Of a stretch of 64,000 nucleotides of DNA, positions 30,386 to 39,768 are shown one piece after another (positions within the stretch are counted from its first letter, which is position 1; each line of letters begins with the position of its first letter). The stretch is from Candidatus Aminicenantes bacterium (GTDB lineage: Bacteria; Acidobacteriota; Aminicenantia; Aminicenantales; JAFGBC01), in the NCBI GenBank assembly GCA_963702005.1, contig OY969696.1, forward strand, positions 512,001 through 576,000, read 5' to 3'. The position numbers were made by a program, and so were the translations under genes. The notes under the pieces were generated by a model. It was not told the DNA's origin. It made no database searches and saw only the letters and a program-made list of their open reading frames with translations.

Positions 30386-30718
30386 ATGAACCGTAGACTT
30401 ATCAGGCCCAATTTTACGGAAATCAAGGACAGGCTGAGCGCCCAGGACCAGGCCAAGAAAAAAATCCACCCCCCGACCGATACCTTTGCCGAGAATTACT
30501 ACTACCTCAAGCAGATGAACAAGAAAACCCCGATGGCGGTCGTTTTCGCGGACGGCCAGATCATCGAGGGCACCATCGAATGGTACGACCGGAACACGAT
30601 CAAGCTCAACCGCGACAACGCCCCGAACCTCCTCATCTACAAGGCCAACATTAAGTACATCTACAAACTCGATGAGACGCCCGAGCCCGAGGAGGATCTC
30701 AAGAAGAAGAAAAAATGA
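30386..30718 (+). CDS. Hfq-like (Sm-fold) RNA chaperone
   Basis: G.IEWYD and LLIYK..IKY resemble Hfq Sm1/Sm2 motifs. Confidence 0.75.
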   Translation: MNRRLIRPNFTEIKDRLSAQDQAKKKIHPPTDTFAENYYYLKQMNKKTPMAVVFADGQIIEGTIEWYDRNTIKLNRDNAPNLLIYKANIKYIYKLDETPEPEEDLKKKKK

Positions 30719-31700
30719 GGGTCCCCAGGATCGGAATCAGCCTGGGCGACCCGGGCGGCATCGGCCCCGAAATCATCCTCAAGGCTTTGTGCGGCGAGCC
30801 GTCTCTTCCCCAGGCCGTCTATATCCTGTTCGGCGACGCCCCGGTCGTCGAGCGCGAAGCTAAGCGCCTGGGCTTCAAGGCGGCATTTCCCCGCTGGGGG
30901 GAGAGACGGGCCAAGACGGCCCCGGCATCTTTTTCCATGACGTCCGGACGTCGTTGACCGACGTGTCATTGGGGTCGGCCAGCAAAGAGAACGGTGAAGC
31001 GTCGTTCCTTTATTTCGAAGCGGCGGTAGCAAAAGCCAAGCGGGGCGCGCTGGACGGCCTGGTCACCGCTCCCATCTCTAAAAGCTCTTGGGACTTGGCC
31101 GGGTTCCGCTGGCGCGGCCACACGGACTACCTTGAACAATTCTACCCCGAAGCGATCATGACCTTCTGGTCGGAGCGGCTCAACGTCGCCCTCTTCAGTC
31201 ACCATCTTTCGCTTTGGGAAGCGCTGGGAAAGGTCCGGAAGGATGTCCTGCTCGGTTTTCTCAAAAGGCTCCATGGGTCGCTGGAGCGCGCCCGTCCCGG
31301 CCGCTGCGAGCTCCTGGTGGCGGGCCTCAACCCTCACGCCGGGGAGGACGGGCTGATGGGGATGGAGGAGAGCCGGGAAATCCTGCCCGCGATCTCGGCG
31401 GCCCGGACGGAAGGGGTCCGCGTTTCCGGCCCCTATCCTCCCGACACGGTTTTCCTCAAAGCTCTCGACCATCCCGATACCGTCGTCGTCGCCCTCTACC
31501 ATGACCAGGGACTGGTCGCCTTTAAAACCGTCGCTTTCGAGAGCGGCGTCAACGCGACCCTGGGCATGCCGTTCGTACGGACTTCGCCCGACCATGGGAC
31601 GGCCTTCGACATCGCCGGCAAGGACGTCGCGAGCCCGCGCAGCATGATCGCGGCTCTGAGGTTGGCCTGGGAGTTCGTCCGGTCTACCGCCCGTCCATAA
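30715..31700 (+). pseudogene. pdxA: 4-hydroxythreonine-4-phosphate dehydrogenase PdxA, frameshifted near the G6 tract at 30896-30901
   Basis: GDPGGIGPEI in the first frame; TAPISK, GHTD, GLNPHAGE, YHDQG, RTSPDHGTAFDIAG in the second. Confidence 0.85.
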
Positions 31701-33033
31701 GGACGGCGGCTGAATTCCCTTCTCTGAAGATTCGGCCGGCCGCGTCGCGCAAGGCCTCTCCGCTGAGTCCGTCCAATTCCCCGGCGAGGGCTTCCGGGAC
31801 GATCTCGAGTTGGACCGCGCGCCCCAGGGAAAAGGCATACCCGTAGATATTATTCGCGAGCGCCTCGCGGGGCCAAGGCGCGATCCCGAGCATGAAGCCG
31901 AAAGCGTTGCGGACCGTCTCAAGGTCCGAACGGCGCAACGGCGCGGCCGCGGCCGTCCGGACGAAGTCGGCGAGACGCCGAAGTGCGCCCGAAGGATTCG
32001 CGCCCTCTTCGAGGGTCATCGTCAACCTGAAGATCTCGGGATCATCGAAGATGGCATAATTGACGGAGATCGTTCCGGCGCGATATCCGGCCGAGCCGGC
32101 CATGAGCCGCCCGGCCAGGACCAGGAAGGGCGCGAAGTCGGCGCTCCCGGACGCCGGCGCTCTGAACGCGAGACAGACAGCCGGAGAGGGCGGGACGCGG
32201 ATTCGGCCGAGACGAAGAGTCCGCGGCATCGAAGATTGAGGCGGGCCGGGCTCGGCCGGCCCCGGGGCCTCTTCGCCGCCGGGAATATCGGAGAAATAGC
32301 GGTCGACCATCCGCCGGACCCGATCGGGCTGAAACGAGCCGGCCGCGACGAGGATCGCGTTTTTCGGTTTATAGTAGCGGCGAATCCTGTCGAGGAGCGC
32401 CGTCCGGGAGAGCTTCGAGATGTCTTCCGGCCGTCCTCCCTTCCGTCCCCCCGCCGGCGCCGGCCTGAGCGACTCTCTGGCTGCGTTCATGAGGGCCAGC
32501 GTCGGCACGGCCTCATACATGTTCTCGAGCTCGACCATAATCCGCGCTTTTTCCCTCTCGACGTCGGCTTGGGACGGCTCGAGTCCGGGCATCCGGGCGG
32601 CGGCTTCTTTCAGCTCCCGCTCCAGGTCGGCGGGGTCGAACACGGTGGCGATGACGGTGTACTTATCGCCGGTCTGGGCGTTCCAGCCAAGAGGGTAGCG
32701 CCGCGCGAAATCATCGGCGCTCCGGCCGGGATGGAGACCCGCCGCCGCCGTCACCAAGAGGTGTTCGATGAGATGGGCCGTGCCCGAGGCGCGCGCGGGG
32801 TCGTGGTCCTCTCCGATCGAGTACAAGACCACGAGAGCCGCGCTCCGGCCGGCCGGGACAGGGGCGAGCAGAACCTTGAGGCCGTTGGCGAGCGTCGTCC
32901 GGTCGACCGGCCCCGCGACGGTTTCCCTCGGGGCGCGCACCTGAGCCAGAATCCCGGCCCCAGCCGCCAGGATGAGAAAGACGACGGGGATGAGGGGAAC
33001 GAAGATCGTTTTTTCCCTACGGCTCACTTCCAT
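31684..33033 (-). CDS. M16 (pitrilysin-family) zinc peptidase, exported
   Basis: LANGL, HLIEH (HxxEH), NAQT, YY.PKNA.LV. Confidence 0.85.
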   Translation of the reverse strand: MEVSRREKTIFVPLIPVVFLILAAGAGILAQVRAPRETVAGPVDRTTLANGLKVLLAPVPAGRSAALVVLYSIGEDHDPARASGTAHLIEHLLVTAAAGLHPGRSADDFARRYPLGWNAQTGDKYTVIATVFDPADLERELKEAAARMPGLEPSQADVEREKARIMVELENMYEAVPTLALMNAARESLRPAPAGGRKGGRPEDISKLSRTALLDRIRRYYKPKNAILVAAGSFQPDRVRRMVDRYFSDIPGGEEAPGPAEPGPPQSSMPRTLRLGRIRVPPSPAVCLAFRAPASGSADFAPFLVLAGRLMAGSAGYRAGTISVNYAIFDDPEIFRLTMTLEEGANPSGALRRLADFVRTAAAAPLRRSDLETVRNAFGFMLGIAPWPREALANNIYGYAFSLGRAVQLEIVPEALAGELDGLSGEALRDAAGRIFREGNSAAVLMDGR

Positions 33034-33476
33034 CCCCTCTTGATCTCGGCCCGGATTTCACGCTCGGTGTCCCTCTTCTTGATGGCGGCCCGCTTCTCGT
33101 AGAGTTTTTTCCCCCGGGCCAGCGCGATCTCGACCTTGATCCTGCCCTTGTCGTTGACGAGAACCTTGAGGGGGATGAGCGTGAATCCGCGTTCCTTGAT
33201 CTTTCCGATCAAGCGCCGGATCTCGCGGCGGTGGAGAAGAAGCTTCCGATCCCGGAGCGGCTCATGATTGAAGCGGTTGGCCGCCTCGTAAGGGCTGATA
33301 TGGCACTTGACCAGGAAGACCTCATCCCCCTTGACCTCGGCGTAGCTTTCCTTGAGACTGACCCGGCCGTCCTTGACGGACTTGACCTCGCTGCCCAGCA
33401 GGGCGATGCCGGCCTCGAAGGGCTCGATGATTTCGTAATCATAATAAGCGGCTTTATGAGTCGCGATGACCTTCAT
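33024..33476 (-). CDS. smpB: SsrA-binding protein
   Basis: EAGIALLGSEVKS, RKLLLHRREI, ARGKK.YEKR. Confidence 0.97.
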   Translation of the reverse strand: MKVIATHKAAYYDYEIIEPFEAGIALLGSEVKSVKDGRVSLKESYAEVKGDEVFLVKCHISPYEAANRFNHEPLRDRKLLLHRREIRRLIGKIKERGFTLIPLKVLVNDKGRIKVEIALARGKKLYEKRAAIKKRDTEREIRAEIKRGWK

Positions 33477-34735
33477 CGGCCGTCCTCCGCGGCCGCCTTG
33501 AGCCGGAGCCGGATGAGGCTGATGTGGCGCTTGTTCATCCGCTCCGCGGTCAGGACGTACTCGCGCGCGTCGAGGACGTCTCCCTCGTGGGGGATCCGTT
33601 CGTACTCAGAGAGGAAGAAGCCGGCCAGGGTCGTGTATTCCTTCCTCTCCGGAAGTCGGACGGGCAACCGTTGGTTGACGGCCTTGAGAGGGGCCGCCCC
33701 CGCGATGATGAAAGTCGACCCGTCGATCGCGCTGAACCATTCCTTGGTCCTGGGGTCGAATTCGTCTTGAATATCTCCGACGATCTCCTCGATGATGTCC
33801 TCCAAAGTGACGATGCCTTCCATATTCCCGAACTCGTCCACGATGAAGACGAGGTGGACGGAGTTCTCCTGCATCTGGAGGAGGACCTTTTCGATCGAGG
33901 CGGACTCGGGAACGAAGAACGGTTTTCGCAGCAAGGAGGCCACATTAATATCTTTATTATCAACAAGATACGGAATCAAGTCGCGCGAGTGAAGGACGCC
34001 CTCGATGTTGTCCAGGCGGCCCCGGTAAACCGGGAATCTGGAGTGGGGCGAGGCGAGAACGGTCTCGACGATCTGAGCCGGGGCGAGCGCCGAATCGATG
34101 GCCTTGACCTCGGGCCGCGGGATCATGATCTCCTTGACCGCCCGGCTCCCGATGTCCAGGGTCTCCGATATCATTTTCTTGCGGAGCGTCGAGATTCCCC
34201 GTATCCCGGTCGAGAGCAGGAGCTTCATTTCCTCTTCGTTGAGCGTTTGCGAAGGCCCGGATATTTTGGACTGGGGGAAGAGGAGGCCGGTCATAAAGGT
34301 GAAGGCCTTGACGATAGGGTATAAGATGAGGGCGAAAAGCTTGACCGGATAGGCCAGAAGAAAAGCGACCTTGAGGGGATGATAGGCGGCGAAGGTTTTG
34401 GGGTTGATCTCGCTGAAGACGAGAAGAAGGACGGTTGTCGTCAAGGTCGCCAAGAAGACGGCTTTGTTTTTATTGTCGGGGAAAAAAGAGACGAACAGGA
34501 AGGTGGCGACCGAGGCCGACGCGACGCTGACGATCGTGTTTCCGACGAGGATCGTGGCCAAGAAACGGTCCACCCGCGCCAGGATCTTCTGGACGATCCG
34601 GGCCCGCGCGGATCCCTTCTTGACCAGGGAATCGACCGCGTAGGGATTCACGGCGATGAAGGCGGTCTCGGACGAAGCGAACAAGGCGCCAAGGAGCAGG
34701 AAGAAGACGAACAAGAGCAGGGCCGGCAGGATCAT
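33473..34735 (-). CDS. CNNM/HlyC/CorC-family membrane protein (DUF21 + CBS + CorC)
   Basis: SETAF, ILVGN, FSEINPK, HSRFPV, VDEFG..EGIVTLEDIIEEIVG; start MILPAL. Confidence 0.92.
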   Translation of the reverse strand: MILPALLLFVFFLLLGALFASSETAFIAVNPYAVDSLVKKGSARARIVQKILARVDRFLATILVGNTIVSVASASVATFLFVSFFPDNKNKAVFLATLTTTVLLLVFSEINPKTFAAYHPLKVAFLLAYPVKLFALILYPIVKAFTFMTGLLFPQSKISGPSQTLNEEEMKLLLSTGIRGISTLRKKMISETLDIGSRAVKEIMIPRPEVKAIDSALAPAQIVETVLASPHSRFPVYRGRLDNIEGVLHSRDLIPYLVDNKDINVASLLRKPFFVPESASIEKVLLQMQENSVHLVFIVDEFGNMEGIVTLEDIIEEIVGDIQDEFDPRTKEWFSAIDGSTFIIAGAAPLKAVNQRLPVRLPERKEYTTLAGFFLSEYERIPHEGDVLDAREYVLTAERMNKRHISLIRLRLKAAAEDGR

Positions 34736-34743
34736 AGGACCGG

Positions 34744-35262
34744 TTAGACTTCGACGCTGGGCTTGCGGACTTTGAAGCAGTCCGCCAGGGAGCGGAGGAC
34801 CTTGCGCTCGACGTAGGTCTCCGACAAGGCCGAGACCTCCGACAGCTCCGAGACGATCATCTCCTTGGCTTTTTCCATCATCTTTTTCTCGCGGAAGGAT
34901 AAAGGTTTCTGGAGGTTGAGATAGAACAGGCACTTGAGCACGAAAGCCAGGTCGAAAATCGTCCCCGTGTTCATAAGCTGGAGGTGTTCTTTATAGCGAT
35001 CCTTCCAATCGGGCGTCACATCGACCGGGCCGCTCTTGATGAACCGGAACAGCTTTCGAACGGCCGGGGCCGCGATGAGCTTGCGGATCCCCATCTCGCG
35101 GGCCGTCGCCCAGGGGACGAAAATCTTGGTGTTGTTGGAGATAAGCCTCAGCAGGAAAACACGGTTGGAGTCGCCGGCGAGTTCCTGGTCCTGGATGTCC
35201 TCGATGACGGCCAGTCCTTGGTTCGGGTAGATGACCCGCTCGCCGATCTTAAGGGAATCCAT
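34744..35262 (-). CDS. carD: CarD-family transcription regulator
   Basis: KIGERVIYPNQG, GIRKL, W..RYK, LSFREKKM. Confidence 0.88.
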   Translation of the reverse strand: MDSLKIGERVIYPNQGLAVIEDIQDQELAGDSNRVFLLRLISNNTKIFVPWATAREMGIRKLIAAPAVRKLFRFIKSGPVDVTPDWKDRYKEHLQLMNTGTIFDLAFVLKCLFYLNLQKPLSFREKKMMEKAKEMIVSELSEVSALSETYVERKVLRSLADCFKVRKPSVEV

Positions 35263-35270
35263 GGACCTAC

Positions 35271-35299
35271 ATTATAAGGGAATCGGAAGGGTACGTCAA
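35271..35299 (-). promoter_or_regulatory. sigma70 promoter of carD (near-leaderless)
   Basis: TTGACG-N17-TATAAT, 8 nt before the ATG. Confidence 0.75.
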
Positions 35300-35334
35300 C
35301 CTGGGAAGCGTTTCCGGGGGGAACGAACTCTCGC

Positions 35335-35363
35335 TTGACAGATCGACGCGGGTCTATTACCAT
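35335..35363 (+). promoter_or_regulatory. sigma70 promoter of the rpmH operon
   Basis: TTGACA-N17-TACCAT. Confidence 0.7.
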
Positions 35364-35396
35364 ATCCTCTCAATTCTCGAGGAATAGGGCACGATT

Positions 35397-35531
35397 ATGA
35401 AGAGAACGTTTCAACCCAACAACAGGAGACGGAGGAAAACTCACGGTTTCCTGGTCCGCATGAGCACCAAGGGCGGGCAGAAAGTCGTTAAAGCCCGGCG
35501 CCAGAAAGGCAGGAAGAGAATTGCCGTCTGA
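35397..35531 (+). CDS. rpmH: 50S ribosomal protein L34
   Basis: Manual translation [44 protein letters not shown]; not in ORF track. Confidence 0.97.
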   Translation: MKRTFQPNNRRRRKTHGFLVRMSTKGGQKVVKARRQKGRKRIAV

Positions 35532-35887
35532 TGAAAGAAACCCTTGGTCCTCGCGAGAGGATCCGCAAGAAATCGGATTTTTTATATTTATATAAAAAAG
35601 GCATCCGTCTCCAAAGGACGTATTTCAGCCTGATTTACCTTCCCAGTCCGTCGGGGCTTTCCCGGCTGGGCGTCGTCGCCGGCCGGAAAGTCGGGGAGGC
35701 CGTCGTCAGGAATCGGATCAAGAGATGGATGCGGGACACATTCAGGAGGAATAAAAGGCTCTTGGGAAGGCCCCTCGACGTCGTCGTCATTGGCAAGAAC
35801 GGAATCGCCTCTCTTTCAAGGCGGGAGTTCGACAGGCTGTTCTTCGAAGCCGTCGGGGCCATCAGGGATCGAGAAACGTCTTCATGA
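35531..35887 (+). CDS. rnpA: Ribonuclease P protein component
   Basis: RLG, AVVRNRIKR (RNR motif). Confidence 0.95.
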   Translation: MKETLGPRERIRKKSDFLYLYKKGIRLQRTYFSLIYLPSPSGLSRLGVVAGRKVGEAVVRNRIKRWMRDTFRRNKRLLGRPLDVVVIGKNGIASLSRREFDRLFFEAVGAIRDRETSS

Positions 35888-36093
35888 ATAAGCTGGCCCT
35901 CTTCCTGATCAGGCTTTACCGCCTGACGCTCTCCCCCCTTCTGGGACGTCACTGCCGGTTCGAACCAACCTGTTCCCTGTATACCTGTGGAGCGATCGAG
36001 AAGTACGGATTCTGGAAAGGCGTTTGGCTGGGGATGAAGCGCCTTCTCCGCTGTCATCCCTTCCACGCCGGCGGCTTTGATCCCGTGCCCTGA
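35884..36093 (+). CDS. yidD: Membrane protein insertion efficiency factor
   Basis: CRFEPTCSLY, RCHPF..GG.DPVP. Confidence 0.95.
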   Translation: MNKLALFLIRLYRLTLSPLLGRHCRFEPTCSLYTCGAIEKYGFWKGVWLGMKRLLRCHPFHAGGFDPVP

Positions 36094-36105
36094 AAGGTTC
36101 AATAG

Positions 36106-37761
36106 ATGGAAAAAAGATTGCTGGTCGCCATTATCGTGTCGTTCCTGATCCTGGCCCTCTATCAGGTCTTTTTTATGAAAAAGGTCCCTCCGGCCGAGCC
36201 CGTTCAGACGGCCCAGGAGGCGACCTCTCAGACTGCAGCTCCATCCCCGGCCGGACAAGTCCAGGCCCAAACTCCTGCCCCGGCGGCTCAGCCCGCGGTC
36301 CAGATTCCGGTTCGGGCCGTATCGGCCGCTGCCGAAGAGGATATCATCGTCGATACGCCTCTGTACCTGGCCAAATGGAGCAACAGAGGGGGCGTCCTCA
36401 AGAGCCTTAAACTCAAGAAATTCCTGGATGATAAAAAGGAAGCCCTGGAGCTTATACCCGCCCGAGCCTCCGAACTCGGGGTTTTTCCATTTGGCCTCCT
36501 GACCGATGATCCCGGCTTCGACGGCGAAGTGAACAGTGCCCTTTTCAAGGCCTCGGTTCCCTCCTTGACCCTGAAAGAAGGGGATTCCGGCGAGCTCATT
36601 TTCAGCTATGCCGCCCAGGCTGGAAGCAAGGTCGAGAAATCCATTCTTTTCAAGGGAGGAACTTACGAGCTGGGCCTTAAGTTCGACATCCTCAAGAACG
36701 GGCAGAAAGCCGACGCCAAGCTTGTCTGGGGCCCCGGGATAGGCAACTATTCCGCGACAGAACTCAGGAGCCGGCTGGGGGCCGGAAGCGGGGCGGCCGT
36801 TGCCGTGGCCAACAAGGTCTTCCGGGTCAACGAAAAGAAATATAAACCGGAGCTCGGCTCCTATAACTTCGTCAACTGGGCGGCTTATGAGGAAAACTAC
36901 TTCGCGGCCCTCTTTTTCCTGCCCGGAGAGAACGGATTGGCTTCTTTCATTCAGAAAAAGAAAGAGTCGGACCCGATTCCCTACTACCTCCTGGCCGTTA
37001 CCCTCCCGGAAAAAGCCTATCTCGGTCCCAAAGAATACGAAGCCCTGGTCGCCCAAGGCCAAGGGGCTAAAAACCTGATCTCTTTTGGGTTCTTCGGCTG
37101 GATTGCCGAAATCCTGCTGCGGGGCCTCAAGCTCTTCCACGGACTCGTCCCCAACTGGGGCGTTTCCATTATCATCCTGACCCTAATCATCAAGATCATA
37201 TTCTTCCCCCTGACCTACAGCAGTACGAAGTCCATGGCCAAGATGCAGGAAATCCAGCCCAAGATCAAAGCGCTTAGGACCAAGTACAAGAAGGCCAAAC
37301 AGGATATTGCCCAGCGCCGCCAGCTCAACGAGGAAATGATGCGGCTCTACAAGGAGCACGGCATTAATCCGGCCGGCGGCTGCCTTCCCATCCTGGTCCA
37401 GCTTCCCGTTTTCTGGGGCTTTTTCAGGATTCTTTCGGTCGGCATCGAGTTCCGTCAAAGCCCCTTCCTGCTCTGGATAAAGGACCTGTCGATCCGGGAT
37501 CCCTACTATGTGACCCCCATCCTGATGGGCGCGACCCAGTTCATCCAGCAGAAGATGACCCCGAGCGGAGCGGACCCGGCCCAAGCCCGGATGATGCTCA
37601 TCATGCCCGTCGTCATGACCATCTTCTTCATGAATTTCCAGAGCGGGCTCGTCTTATACTGGCTGACCAACAACGTCCTTCAGATCGGCCAACAGGCCAT
37701 TATGAACAACATGATGAAGAAAAAGAGAGAGAGAGATGGACAGAGACCAACAGTCCGATAA
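36106..37761 (+). CDS. yidC: Membrane protein insertase
   Basis: NWGVSII, INPAGGCLP, QLPVF, SGLVLYW. Confidence 0.96.
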   Translation: MEKRLLVAIIVSFLILALYQVFFMKKVPPAEPVQTAQEATSQTAAPSPAGQVQAQTPAPAAQPAVQIPVRAVSAAAEEDIIVDTPLYLAKWSNRGGVLKSLKLKKFLDDKKEALELIPARASELGVFPFGLLTDDPGFDGEVNSALFKASVPSLTLKEGDSGELIFSYAAQAGSKVEKSILFKGGTYELGLKFDILKNGQKADAKLVWGPGIGNYSATELRSRLGAGSGAAVAVANKVFRVNEKKYKPELGSYNFVNWAAYEENYFAALFFLPGENGLASFIQKKKESDPIPYYLLAVTLPEKAYLGPKEYEALVAQGQGAKNLISFGFFGWIAEILLRGLKLFHGLVPNWGVSIIILTLIIKIIFFPLTYSSTKSMAKMQEIQPKIKALRTKYKKAKQDIAQRRQLNEEMMRLYKEHGINPAGGCLPILVQLPVFWGFFRILSVGIEFRQSPFLLWIKDLSIRDPYYVTPILMGATQFIQQKMTPSGADPAQARMMLIMPVVMTIFFMNFQSGLVLYWLTNNVLQIGQQAIMNNMMKKKRERDGQRPTVR

Positions 37762-38386
37762 GCCCGAACTGGCCAAAGAGGGCCAGGAATTCAAAGGCAA
37801 AAGCCTTGAGGACGCCGTCTCCTACGCCGAGCACATCCTCAAGACGCCCCGCGAGGAATTCAACTATGAGATCGTCGCCGAGAAGACGAAGCTGTTCGGC
37901 CTCAAGAGCAAGGAGATCGTCATCAGAGTCTGGCCCAAGCAGGCGCCCGCCGAGGACAAGGTCGGGATCTTTCTGGAGGATCTCAAGAAGGTCTTTCCCC
38001 TCGAATTGACCTATCAGCTCCGGAGGAAAAACGACATCCTCTTCATCATCTTCAGCGGCGAAGATAAACATATGCTGCTTCGGAAAGAAGGTTCCCTCCT
38101 GCTGGCCCTCCAGCATATCCTCAACAAGCTCTCCGATCAGAAGGTCCAGGTCGATTGCGATTTCTTCCGGAAAAAGAAGGAAAAAAAGCTCTGGGAATAT
38201 GCCCAACAGGTGGCCCGCCAGGTTCAGGACACGGGGAGGAACGAGGTCCTCGACCTTATGAACCCCTACGAGCGCCGCATCATCCATCTCGCCGTGAACC
38301 AGGTCAACGGGATCACGACCGAAAGCCTAGGAGACGGGTTCCTGAAGCGGGTCAAGATCTATCCCGTCAATAAACCATCCCGTTAA
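37736..38386 (+). CDS. jag: Jag/KhpB (EloR) RNA-binding protein
   Basis: Jag_N (GKSLEDAV...LFGL), degenerate KH domain, R3H (ERRIIH). Confidence 0.85.
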   Translation: MDRDQQSDKPELAKEGQEFKGKSLEDAVSYAEHILKTPREEFNYEIVAEKTKLFGLKSKEIVIRVWPKQAPAEDKVGIFLEDLKKVFPLELTYQLRRKNDILFIIFSGEDKHMLLRKEGSLLLALQHILNKLSDQKVQVDCDFFRKKKEKKLWEYAQQVARQVQDTGRNEVLDLMNPYERRIIHLAVNQVNGITTESLGDGFLKRVKIYPVNKPSR

Positions 38387-38390
38387 GCGG

Positions 38391-39761
38391 ATGGCCGATG
38401 ACACGATTATCGCCGTCTCCACTCCTCCGGGCTACGGAGGATTGGGCATTGTCCGGCTGAGCGGACCGTCGGCCCGCCGAATCGCGGCCGGATTCTTCAA
38501 GCCGAGATCGAAAAAAACCATTAAGTTCCCGCCCCGCGTCCCTATCTTAGGGGATATCGTCGATATCAAGACGGGCGGATGTCTGGACGAGGCCGTCTTG
38601 ATTTTATTTCCCGGGCCTCAATCCTACACTCGCGAGGACCTTGTCGAAATCACCTGCCATGGGAGTCCGGTCATCCTCGAAGAAGCGGTGCGCCTCGGCA
38701 TAAGAGCCGGAGCCCGGCACGCGCGCCCCGGGGAGTTCACCCGGAGGGCTTATCTCAGCGGGCGAATGGATATCATTCAAGCTCAAGCTGTTAACGACCT
38801 GATCATGGCCCGGTCGCTCGATCAAGTTAAGATATCCGTTCGCCAGCTCGGCGGGAGCCTATCCCGCAAGGTCGAGTCTCTCCGCGCCCGCATCCTGGAT
38901 ATTCTGGTGCTGATCGAGACTTCGATAGAGTTCCCGGACGAAGGCCCCGGAATCCCGGCCGCCCGGATCAGGGAATCCCTGGATGAAGCCGCCTTCGAGA
39001 TGGAGACGATGATCGAGAGCTATGACGTGGGCAAGACGCTCCTCGAGGGCCTGACCGTTGTGATAACCGGGAGGCCCAACGTCGGGAAGTCCACGCTTTT
39101 CAACGCCCTCCTTGAACAAGACAGGGCTATCGTAACGCCATATCCGGGCACAACCCGGGATTATCTGAGGGAGTCGCTCCGGCTCGGCAATTCTCTTTTC
39201 ACCCTGATCGATACGGCGGGGATGTCGACTTCGTCTCATCCCATCGAGAAGGAAGGCAGGGAAAGAGGCCGAAGGCTGGCGGCCGAGGCCGATGGAGTTC
39301 TTGTCCTCCTCGACGTTTCGCGGAAAGAGACGGCCGCGGACCTTGAAATCATCGAGGGGCTCAAGGGAAAAAAGGGAATCGTGGTCCTGACCAAATCGGA
39401 CCTCCCGGTCCGGGCCGATAAGGAGAAAATCAAAAAGAGGGCGGGCGCCTTCCCTTGCCTTGAGGTTTCCGCCCTGAAAGGTACGAATATCGGGCGACTG
39501 AAGCGCACGATCCGGGCGAAATTTGCCCCGGACCGAGAGGGAGGCGACGAGGTCGTTCTCCATCTCTACCAGAAGCTCCTCCTGGAAGAAATCAAGGCGG
39601 GGCTGGACAAAGCTCGGAGGCTTCTCGAGGAGGGGTTCACGGAAGAGGTCTATGTGGAAGAGGTTCGCGCCGTCCTTCCTTCCCTGGGCCGTATAATCGG
39701 CGAAATCGGAAACCGGGAAGTCATCGATTTGATTTTCAGCCGGTTTTGCATCGGAAAATGA
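38391..39761 (+). CDS. mnmE: tRNA modification GTPase
   Basis: DTIIAVSTPPG, GRPNVGKS, GTTRD, DTAG, FCIGK. Confidence 0.96.
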   Translation: MADDTIIAVSTPPGYGGLGIVRLSGPSARRIAAGFFKPRSKKTIKFPPRVPILGDIVDIKTGGCLDEAVLILFPGPQSYTREDLVEITCHGSPVILEEAVRLGIRAGARHARPGEFTRRAYLSGRMDIIQAQAVNDLIMARSLDQVKISVRQLGGSLSRKVESLRARILDILVLIETSIEFPDEGPGIPAARIRESLDEAAFEMETMIESYDVGKTLLEGLTVVITGRPNVGKSTLFNALLEQDRAIVTPYPGTTRDYLRESLRLGNSLFTLIDTAGMSTSSHPIEKEGRERGRRLAAEADGVLVLLDVSRKETAADLEIIEGLKGKKGIVVLTKSDLPVRADKEKIKKRAGAFPCLEVSALKGTNIGRLKRTIRAKFAPDREGGDEVVLHLYQKLLLEEIKAGLDKARRLLEEGFTEEVYVEEVRAVLPSLGRIIGEIGNREVIDLIFSRFCIGK

Positions 39762-39768
39762 GAGGGCC

